Of a stretch of 64,000 nucleotides of DNA, positions 39,001-50,140 are shown piece by piece. Made by a program: the position numbers and the translations under genes. Below the pieces are notes generated by a model. That model did not search any database. It worked only from the letters and a program-made list of their open reading frames with translations, and was not told the DNA's origin. Where the stretch lies: positions 16,306,001 through 16,370,000 of the forward strand of contig JBHGNT010000005.1 in NCBI GenBank assembly GCA_043228905.1. The letters run 5' to 3'. This stretch comes from Azolla caroliniana. Its lineage: Eukaryota > Plantae > Polypodiophyta. The stretch's first letter is position 1, and every line of letters starts with the position of its first letter.

Positions 39001-42000
39001 GCAGTGGTTCTCTAGTTAAATACCCAAGGGGCTTACCCACTATTGCTTGGACGACCATGGTTGTGGACGGCGCACATTAAGCAAAACTGGCGAAAGAACG
39101 TGATTATGTTTCGACGAGGCAAAACCAAAGTACAGGTACCGACACATCCACAAACCGGAACCGACAAAGAGCTAATACCGTTATACGCTGAAAGCATTAA
39201 TATGCTGGAAGGGCTTGCTGACGAGGAAGTCGATCGGTATCTCAAGGATAATCCAAAAATCATACCCTTGTTCGAAATAGATGTGGTCGAAGCAGTCTCT
39301 CCGTATATTGCACAATCGGAAGATGCTGGAGAGGAACCGGATAGAGATGCCGTCAGAGAACGACGTCAAGCGCAGGAGGCCTTGGAACGGGAAATGGCGG
39401 TATCTCAAAGGGTGAAGGCGTCCCAGCTAGAAGAAGTAAACCTGGGAACTGGAGAGGAAGCACGGCCGGTACATATTGCCAAAGAAATGTCACCGGAAAA
39501 CAAAACGGCAATGATTACATATTGAAAGAATTCTGGGTCGTATTTGCCTGGTCCTATGAGGATATGCAAAGGCTTGATATGCAATTCTATCAACATCAGA
39601 TACATCTCAGCAAAGACACCAAACCAGTAGCACAAAGGCACTACTGAATGAACCCTAATTATGCGGTAAGGGTAAAAGAAGAGATCGACAAGTTACTCCG
39701 AGTCGGTTTTATCTGGCCGATAAAGAAAGCCACATGGTTGAGTCCGATAGTCGTCGTGCCGAAGAAGAACGGGAAGATCCGGGTGTGCGTCGATTACCGG
39801 AAACTGAATGCAACGACGGTGACCGATGCCTTTCCACTTCCATTCACGGATAGAGTTCTGGACGCGGTAGCCGGTCATGAGGTATATATCTTCCTAGACA
39901 GATTCGGTGGTTACAATCAAATACGGATGCACGCCGAGGACCAAGAAAAGACGGCGTTCGTTACCGAGTGGGGAGTTTTTGTTGCCGTAGTGATGATGTT
40001 TGGACTCAAGACGGCGTCGGCTACCTTTTAGCAGATAATCATGGAAATATTTGGAGAGTTCATCCCGACGTTTATGCAAAGGTTTCTAAACAACTTCGCG
40101 GTGTATAGCCGGCAAGGGGAACACCTGGACCATCTCCGGTTATGCCTAGAGAAATGCAAGGGGTACCGGTTAAGCCTGAACCCGACAAAGTGTGTGTTCG
40201 GGGTGGCTAGTGGTAGGGTACTAGGCCATATTGTCAGCAAGGACGGGATAGCAGTAGACCCGGACAAAGTCAGGGCAATTCTGGAGGCACCGACACCAAC
40301 GACGACCAAAGCATTAAGCAGATTCTTAGGAAAAATCCGGTGGCATAGCTGGATGCTCCGGTATTTGGCAAATCTTGCAACACCGTTGCATGCTGCGGTT
40401 CACCGGACACCGTTTCAATGGACGGCTACAAAGGATGACGCTTACCGCATGCTAAAAGTACTACTATCGCAAGCACCGGTAGTACAACCCTCAGACTGGT
40501 CCAAAGAGTTCCATGTGTTCGTCGACGCGTCAAACATAGCAATCAACAACGCACTTATGCAACTCACTGAACCACAACGCACTTATGCAACTCACTGAAC
40601 CCAACTGGTATTGGCCGGTATACTATGCGAGCTGGAAACTATCACAAGCGGAACGAAATTACTCCACAACGGAAAGAGAGGCCTTGGGGATGATTTATAG
40701 TGTCACGAAGTTCCAACACTATTTGTTGGGCCGTAAATTTTCATTTCACGTAGACCATTCCACACCTTTATACTTGGTCTCTAAGGCATCCCTCATAGGT
40801 AAGTTGGCCCGGTGGACATTGCTACTACAGGAATTCAAGTTCGAAATTTATCACCGACCGGGTATACAACACGTGGTTGCTGACTATTTGAGCCGGTTAG
40901 AAACCAGCAAAACCGGTGACGGTGTACCAGATGAGTTTCCGGATGCCGAACTGTTTAAAATTATGACAGAAACCACGGCGGATAGTACAGTTCCGGACGA
41001 GGACAAATGGATAATGAACATGCATCAATTCTTAAGCACGAGACTACCTCCGGAAGAGATGAACAGAGACGAGCGGAAACGATTGGTGGTCCAAAGATGG
41101 CATTTTTGTTTATTACAGGACACCCTATACCACAAGGGAGCTGATGGAATATGGCGGAAAGCGGTGCGGAGCGATCAAAAGAACACCATATTATGGGAAG
41201 CACATTGCGGAGTCGCCGGAGGACACTATGCCGGAGAAGCTACAACAAGAAAGATATGGCGCAGTGGGCTATGGTGGCCAATGACACTGAAAGATTCGGT
41301 CCGATATATGAAGGAATGTGATTTGTGTCAACAAATGGGTCAACCGACAGAGCAGGCGTGGAGGCCTCACCAACCGGTACTACCCTTGGAACCATTTCAA
41401 AAATGGGGCTAGACTTTGTCAGACCATTCAATCCACCGGCCATGCGAACCATCAACAGATATGTCATTGTCGCTACGGATTATTGCACCAAGTGGGTAGA
41501 GGCCAAGGCTTTGCGAGACAATATCGCGGCATCAATGACGAAGTTCCTTTAGGAGTACATCTAGTGCCATTACGGATGTCCCATCGAATTAATTAGCGAC
41601 CAGGGTGGACACTTCCTCGGTCAAGTAGTGGAGAGCCTAACAACGTTCTATGTGGTAGTACACAAGCGTAGCACTCCGTACTACCCGCAGGCCAATGGAC
41701 TGGCCGAGTCCACCAACAAGACAGTACAAAACATCCTCCAGAAGATCGTCAACGAGAACTGGACCGATTGGGACACGAAGTTGCACAGTGCAGTATGGGC
41801 TTACCGGACGGCGTATAAAACGAGCATCAGGACGACACCATTCCGGTTAGCATTCGGACTAGAAGCGGTGATGCCGATTGAATTTCAAGTACCGAGCTTA
41901 CGGATATAGGTCCGGGAGCGACTGGGTGAAAAGGAATAAGAGAAAATCCGATTGGCGGCACTATGTGAGCTGGAAGAGCATCGGATAGCGAGTATCATGC

Positions 42001-42883
42001 AGTTGGAAATGGAGCAGTGACGAAGGAAGGCATTCGTCGACCGACACCGAAAGGGCAATGAGAAGTTGTTCGGAATTGGCAAGTCGGTGCTTGTGTTTTA
42101 GACCCGGATGGGTAAGATGCCAGGCAAGCTACGGTTCCGGTGGACCGGACCATACTGGATCACGCGAGAATTCAATGGTTCTTACCAATTAGCCACACTT
42201 GTCGGCGAAGTACTGGAGAAATGGGTAAATGGGTTCCGACTTAAACCCTATTACGGGCCCATGCCACCAAACCCGTTCCAACAGCTGGAGACCGACGCGG
42301 TAACTGGAAGCGGCAAGCAATTAGCCGGCAACCAACAGGAGCCGGTGTTACCAGACAACCGGGACTAATGCTTAATTCTAATAATAATAATAATAAAACA
42401 TCATGCATAGGCGAGGAGCGAACGGGCACTTTGAAAAGGTGTGGTTGCTAATTAAAGCCTCTTTAAAAACCCACCATGTGTCAACCGACTACTATAATAG
42501 TACACGACGTGCATGTGCGGGAATCGAGAAAAGGCGCCAAGCATGGAGAGACAAAACCTCCGCCTCACAGAGTTCCTCTCATTTTGCGAGAACAGAGCAC
42601 TAAGCATACACAGGCGATTAAGAGTGATCAGACGAACGCAAGAAGGATGCATAGACGTACCACTTCTACCAAGTCCCACAGACTTAGACGACGATATGGA
42701 ACACATAGCACTCTCGGAAGTGGCCAAGAAATGGTTCAAGCAACACGGGTTGGAAGGATTCCTAAGAATTGTCGAGGCACCTCCGCACGGCAATGCGGAG
42801 AAAGTTGTGCAGGAGATTGATACGAAGGTCATCATAGAAGAGGCCATCCTTGCCATGAACAACTTACTAGAGGGCGGAATATT
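36014..42883 (+). mobile_element. Non-chromoviral Ty3/gypsy element, copy 2 (5' LTR 36014..36490, PBS, gag, PR, RT, RH, INT, start of extra ORF); 3' end lost
   Basis: LTR TGTTGACCGG...AATAACA with TATAAAA at 36211; PBS-like TGGCGACCACA at 36498..36508; gag about 36540..38212; PR about 38542..38958; RT from 39648; INT to 42368; extra ORF remnant from 42513; many stops. Confidence 0.92.
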
Positions 42884-43728
42884 GTATCCGGCTCTGATTA
42901 CAAAACGGTGCCATACCGGCAATAGGTTATGAATCGGTCCGGATCTGGATCGGTGCCACTCTTTTGAATCCGTCTGTTCCTATTATAAATCTAACTCATT
43001 AATAACTAATATTCATTAGTTAATTTTTGCTACTGACACGTACCCCCACTTGTCTTTCATACTTCGACCTCCTATCAACACATGGAATGTCCGTGGGACA
43101 ATACATTGTACGTCGAACCCATGGTTCAACCCCGTCAATCTTCGTCGAGTATGTCCAATATGGTTTGGTCTAGGGTTTCCAGTGGTTCTTCAATCTGTTG
43201 TTGCTCTTGTTGCTCTTGTTGCTCTTGTTGCACTTGTTGTTGCTCTCTGGCTTCTCTCGGCGGAGGCATCTCCGCTCTTGCGTAAGTTTCGACAGTCGCA
43301 CTCTTTCCGGTACCTACTTGTTGCTTCGACCCGACCGCCTTGTTCTGATCCGCCCCAGCTTCCCTTGGTTGTTCCCTTCCAACTTCATTCAGCAGCCCCT
43401 CCTATTGCGGTTGTGGTTCCGTAGTCTGGTCCTCATTACTTATATTTATTGCCGCCTTCCGTTTTTCGGCTTCTAACCGTTGGCGCTCCCATTCGTATTG
43501 CTCGAACTGAGGTTGTGTTTCGAGCTAATCATCCTCAAGCCTTTCCATCATCCTTTGGACAACTTCAAGGTGGGATTCAGTCAAGGAGAAGAAGTCGTCC
43601 CACAATTCCTCCTAGATGGTGACTATACTTTCTTCATCCAACTTGTAGAAATTATCCCCAGTTTTTTTCCAGTTATCCACATATGCTCGGAGCACCTGTA
43701 GTTCCGCTGCTTGCGGTGACCATTGCAT
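42884..43728 (-). mobile_element. 3' remnant of the same Gypsy family, copy 3 (end of extra ORF; truncated 3' LTR about 42884..43080)
   Basis: GDNFYKLDEES and PLETLDQTILDILDED* on - match copy 4; GAATCGGTCCGGATCTGGATCGGT (about 42931) matches the LTR at about 58181; LTR start TGTTGA at 43080. Confidence 0.8.
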
Positions 43729-46700
43729 TGTCGTGAAAATCCGTCACTATGTGCAGATCGTGAGGTGGAACCGCCTGGGTTCTAGACCGGAAGGATTTGA
43801 AGTTTGTACTACCTTTAGTGAGAAAGTATTTAAGATAGATTGAGAGAGATTGATATGGAGAAAGAGAGAGATTGAGATAAAGATTAAATGCTTAACTTTA
43901 GATTTGAGAGACAAGATACATCCACAATAGGATAACAAGTTTCTTATTTTTCCAAAAATTTTCATTAGTTTTTTCTTGCTTGATTCCTCCACTCTTTTAT
44001 AGATGCCCCCATGCATATGGTGCATGTGAGGGTGCAAGACATGCACATAATGCATGAAATGCATGCAATGCATGTTTGCCATGTCATCATCTAAGCTCTC
44101 ATGTATGAGAATTTATATATAAAATGATCAAAGTAAAACCTTTGAAACAAATTTGATTTTACTAGGCTTTTTAGTCTTGTTTTTACAAATGTTTAAGTGC
44201 ATATTACACCTTCACTTGACCTCCAAAAAACTAGACTATTTTGTTCGTTTCACACCGGAAAACTTCAAGACATCGTGCGTTGCGATAAATCTTCCCGTCC
44301 GGTCCATCTGATCTACATGCCATCCAGCTCACATCCCGATCCAGTTCCTTCCGACCCACATCCTGATCTGGTTCCGTAGCTCCGATCACCGTCCGATCAC
44401 CGGTACGGTCCCGTCGGGTGCCATCCAAAACCAATGGACTTGGTTGCATCCATTCTTCAAGTCATACAACTCAACCTTTCTATGCTCCAAACACATAGAT
44501 ATATTATGAGGAGATATTGGTCTGGTTATATACTCTGGGATCCTTAACTGTCTTATCTATGTGGGATATCTCACAGTTTTGTTTTTCTTCTCTTTTTCGC
44601 AATCTTCATACCCACATAACTTGGCACTTAGTTGTCTGTTTCTTATGTAGTAAAGTGCATTCGAAAGCTCTTGAAGACCTCCATCTTTTCGTACCAAGAT
44701 ATTAAACTTACTTAAAATAGTATCTTTACTATTATTGTTTCATATATGTGAGAAGAACCACACTCGATTTTGTATGTTCCTCACAATTTTCACACTATCG
44801 CCGAAAATCTTCATGACATCTACCCCCACCAAACTGCACGTCCTCTGGTATGTGCCAAGAGGAGAGAGTGTGAGATTTTGGCCATGGTGATCAATTAGAT
44901 TCCTCCACGTCCTTGTTCACATAACTCAAGTTTGTAGGTTCTGTCCTACTATCTTCATCGTCGAGGTGATCGAGGTCAGGTTCATCGTTTTGTCTTTTCT
45001 TGAAAATCTATACTCTTTTTCCCGCAATGGGTACGGCCAACCTTGATCCCTCTAGCTCTGCAAGGTGGTATGTGGCATTGTTGTTGGCACTTGTCACCAC
45101 ATACGGTCTGAACCATCTTCTTGCGAACTTCCTTGTTGTCTTGTGTTGATTGTCAAGGCTGCTATCGTAGACCAATACCCAATCTCCTTCTTCGATCTTC
45201 TTGGGACGCAGTCGATGCATCTTGTCAAACCGAATTTTGTTCTTCACTCGGGCTGCCTCCATCATCTTTCGCGCTTTTTCTAGATCTTCAAGTCTCCTTT
45301 CAAGTGCCACTAATAATTCTTCTCGCCTCATCTTGTTCTCCCATGGTATCGCTACCCATGACGCGATCGTCCTTTTGATGGGCATTACCGGCTTTTGTCC
45401 ATACATAAGCTCTGTTGGCATATACCATGTCACTAAACTGTGTGTAGTTCTGTTGGCCCACAAGGCATAGGGCAATAGTCGTGGTCAATTCCCGACTCAA
45501 CCATTGCATGCTCGTACGATGGCTTTGACGATTGGTCCATGCCCTCGCTCGATCTTCCCATTTGCTTCAGGATTGTAGGTTGTCATGAGGGAGAGCTTCA
45601 CGCCTAGTTGTTCGAAGAGCTCTGTTGCTTCGTGTGCATCCAACTCTCCTCGGCCAGCCACTATCTTTCCCACACATCCGTATCGGCAGACAACCTCTTT
45701 GAGTGGAAATTTGCAAACAGCTGACGTCGTCTTATTTACCAAGGCCCGTCCTTCCACTTGATTTGTTAAGTCTTCTCTTGCCAGTACTAAGTACTTCATT
45801 TGTCCCACTCCCATTGGCATCGAGACCAGATCCACCATCCATTTGAAGTGTATGGTGAGCGGGTATGTTGACCGTAACTCATCACGATGATGTATGTTTG
45901 AATGTACTTGGCAAGTTTTGCATGTGGACACGAAATGGACTACATCTTTGTACATGCTTGGCCACCAGTACTTTTCCTTCAACTTTTTGAACGTTGCCCA
46001 TGTTCCTCTATGACCCGCCCAAGGACTCTCGTGGAATTCGGTCATCAACGTCACTTGCTCTTCTTTCTTCACCACCACTCGACGTGGCATTCCTGTCCTT
46101 CTTTTTGGGTGTCGCCAGGGGAATCCTCCCTTTAGGAAGTATTGGTAAGCTTTCTTCCGGATTCGTAGAGCCTCCTCTTTCATCAACGAAACATCCGCCG
46201 TCATTGTTCTTAAGAATTTGCCGATCAGTAACCACTCTCCTTCGTACTCGTCCTCGTCGAAGGCGTGGAGGCTTAGTGTGTCCTTGTCTTCCGCCGATAG
46301 TCGGGCCATCTTGAAGAAGTCGAGGGTGATGTCTTCATCTTCCGAAACCATGTCACCTTCATTCTCAAATCTTGCCCTCGACAGCATGTCAGCCATGACG
46401 TTCTTCTTTCCTGCAATGTGGCGGATCTTCGGGTTTAAAGACTTGATATAGGTGATCCACCTTAGCATAGCTAGATCTGGTGTTGCACATCCTAAGATCA
46501 TACCAAGGATTGGGAGACAATTTGTCTCAATTATCACTTCCGACCTGATCAAGTAGTCTTTGTCCATCTTTACTGCAGACACAATACCCCAAAGTTCCCA
46601 CTTGACTTGGGCGTATCTTTGTTGTCGCTCACTGAGAACCTTTGCTCCGAACCGGATGGCATACCGCGCATGATCTTCTCCTTCTTGGTTGATGACACAC

Positions 46701-49700
46701 TTGATTCCGGTTGGGCTCGTATCTACAATCACATAAATCGGCTTCCCTTCGGTATAGTCAGCCTTCCTTAGTGTTGGGGCTTCAAGAAGTAGTTTCTTCA
46801 ATCTTCGCATCGCGTTTGTATGCTCGCCTCGCCATTCGAACTTCATTCTTTTCTTTAGCAATCCATATAAGGGCTTGGTGACATGAGCGTAGTGCGGAAT
46901 CCAGATATGATAAAACACGCATGCTCCAAGGAACCTTCAAACCTCCGTTTGGGTTATGCATTCTTCTTTCATGTCCTGGATCGTGTTCACCTTGGATGGC
47001 GAATACTTCCGGCCGTATGCTCCACACAAGTGACCTACCACCAAGATCTCTGGTTGCCCGAATGCGGATTTTTCTCTCGAAAATGTCAAATTCGCATCTT
47101 CGAGTCTTTGAAGCACCTTCTTGCAATCTTTCATATGATCCACGACGAACTTTCTACACCCTTCCTTACCTTTCGATTCATCCTTCTCCTCATCCAAACA
47201 TCCTTTTATCGGAATATCATCCAACAATGGCATCGTGATGCCCAGGATACAATCCTTCAAGAGCTTGTTCATGGCATTCACCATATGAGCCACGGAGTTC
47301 GTTGCACCTTGAGGTAAGGTACACTCCGCACAAGCCCAATCAGAGTCCTCATAGTTATAATGTCACGATTGTCGACCGCCAACTGGAATTGATCGTATCC
47401 AGAGTAGAGATCACCAATGGAGTAGATAGACCAACCCGCAAATGCTTTGGCAAATTCATCCACACTCGGACCGATTCCAACATTCCGAATTGTCACCTTG
47501 TTGACGGGTTGAAGATCTTGGATGAATCGCAATGATCCATTCTTCTTCGGCACCGTGAACCACCTATTAGAATAGGGAGCATTCGACGGTTCCAAAATTC
47601 CCATATCCACCTTCTCCTTTAAGAGCTCGATCAACTTCGGTAGGTGTGCTCTCAGAACCGGTATTGGTTTCAAATTCCAAGGCACGTGTGGCACCGTGAA
47701 GATCACCATCGGTTCTATTGTCCTTGGATCAGTACATCCGATTTCTTGTGGGAAAAATGCGAAAGCCTTCCCATGTCTTTCAAGCATTCCGCGGAACATT
47801 CGCTCCTCTTCAGGGAGGAGGAAATCCTCCTTCCCAACTCGTAGCTTTCTTTTCTTCTCTTCGGTGAAGACATGACCTATTGCCTTTGGATCCCTTAGGC
47901 TTGGATCATTAGCGACTTCCTTCATCTTTTGCCAGCTATCTTTTGGTAGCGGAACCACAACTGGCTTGATCTTTCTATCCATCGTTTTATATTTTGTGTT
48001 GACTCCAGCTTCCTCCATCAAGATGCCTCGATGATATTCGTCGCTGATAGCAGACATGTTGACGGAGTTAACCGAAATCACGTGTTGATCGTGAAGATAG
48101 CTCAAGTCCATGACTTCCTCGATTTTGCCGTTGGTGTCGTTAAATGAGGCCTCTTCCATAATATGAGTCACGAATTCTTCTTCTTCTATTATGTTTTCTT
48201 CTTTCCGCATCGTCTCGAAGTCTTGTATCTGACGTTTGTCCTTATTGTTGGGTAGTACTAGTTTATATGCGCCACTAGGTGTGACACATGTTGCTTCTCC
48301 TTGCAATCCACGCTCTCTACTTTCTTGTGGGGACTCGTATTTGCTCGGACAATTTGTGCCCCATGCTTCAATAGTCCGCTCTAAAAATCCGAGGAGTCTC
48401 CTCCAAGGTTATCTCGATTTCTTTCATGATTAGCCCGCACCGTTAGGAATTGAACAGATATTTGGTTGTCAAGACTCTTCATCCACGTGAAGGCTGCTCC
48501 ATTATTGAACACCTTGGTCTCTATCTAGGATGATGTGATATACGGTTGTCCTAGGATGACAGGATGTGAAGCCGATTCTTGCACAAAGAAGTGTTGATCC
48601 ATCTCCACATCCCCAATCGTGACTTTAACATTGGGACAAGCTCCGTACAAGTCCTCCATGGCCTTTTTTTCCACTCGAATCTTCCATCTGTGGTTTGTAT
48701 TGATTGGCCATCTTCCTTTTTTGTAGAACTCAGTTGACATGAGGTTGATCTCCGAGCCATGGTCGATCAAGGCTACCACGGTCTCTTTCTTCTCCCTGAT
48801 CTTCACCAGTGTCTCCATTGTTGCTCGTGCCCAATGAGGTCGAATATAGTGGCTGTCCACCATATCTTCATCGACTTCGTCTCTTGCCATCGTTATGGCA
48901 TTTGTTTATTCTTTTAGTGGCTTCTCTTCTTCCTCGTCCGATTGTTGTCTTCTTCTCTTTACAAGGTCCACGATCATATCATGGAACTCCTTCTTCATAA
49001 TGCCAAGCAATTCCCTCAAGGACAAGGTCACGTGACTATTGAGAACATGTTCCTCGAGAATCTTCTTCAGATCTGTCGTTTGCTCTATGTCTGACCTTAG
49101 CTTATAGGTAGGCGTAGTTCTTGTCTTCCGAGTGGGGTCTTCAACACCACCCTTCACGGATCGTACCGTTTCTTTGACTCGTTTGTTCGACTCCCCTTTT
49201 CGGCTTGAGTCCCCTTCCTCCGTTTGTAAAGCTCGACTCGTTTCTGCATCTTCTTTCTTTTTCACACTCCTTGTTTCATGTCTTTTTGATGGGTTGTCTT
49301 GCCCTTCCATTCTTTTTCTCTTTTCATCCATGAACACCTCGTGGTTGTGTCATGTTGGGAATATGTCCCTCCAGTGGAAGGAAGAGCCGACTGTTCGGAA
49401 AGCCGACAATCGAAGAACCTAAAACAGTGAGTCGATTGTTTGAGAATTCAACTATTATTATTATGGTAATATAAATGATGATGTTAGGAAACAAGTCTCT
49501 CTGGATGGGGAGAGAGAGGAGCCGGCCTCGGCCGAAACCAGAATTGTGTATATAGCCAACTCAGGAGACTATACTTGTAAATAGTCTAAGTGTGCGCCCC
49601 ATGAGGGCTACGTATGTAAATAGCCAGAAAGTTGTGTAAGTATATATGCAACTAGGGCAAACTTTAACTGTGTGGAAGAACAGTGTATGCACAGAAGTTG

Positions 49701-50140
49701 TAGTGTGTGTAGGAGAGCGAGAGAGAGAGAGAGTGTGTGTGAGCCGCGCCATAGCTGTGTGAGTAACAACAAATGCGAAGAGCCCTGTGCGGCTGATACA
49801 CTCGATAGAGTGTTGTATTACTCTCGGTGTTGTATATCCACTTTGTATAGTGAAGATTTTGTTCACCCGTGGTTTTCCCTATTTTAGGGTTTCCACGTAA
49901 ATCTCTGTGTACATCTGTTTATCTTGTCTTTCTGGTGTATTTCTGTAATTCGTATTTCAGCGCGTAGTTCGTTTATTGTGATCTATTCCGCATCGATTTC
50001 TCAACATGTCACACATCACTTTCGCGAGTATGGTGTTGTCATCCACAGGATCCGACCATTCGGTTATGCTTTGCACACTTCGGTCCGCAAGCTCGACCTC
50101 GTTCGAAGTGACCTTTCCCTTATTCTCATACTCAAGAACG
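43729..50140 (-). mobile_element. Ty3/gypsy element of the 4-bp-TSD family (3' LTR 43729..44818; INT, RH, RT, PR, partial gag)
   Basis: LTR termini TGTCATGAA / TTCACGACA; PPT TGGTGGGGGTAGA; ORFs 45008..45475, 45497..46918, 46937..47293 (LLDDIPIKG), 47278..48306 (RFIQDLQPVN, DLYSGYDQ), 48525..48890 (LIDHGSEIN). Confidence 0.9.
49353..50006 (+). mobile_element. Copia solo LTR (composite) with a perfect 5-bp TSD
   Basis: TGTTGGG...TCAACA flanked by TGTCA at 49348..49352 and 50007..50011; similar to the LTRs of copia B and C; a second LTR start TGTTAGGAAAC at 49482. Confidence 0.88.
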
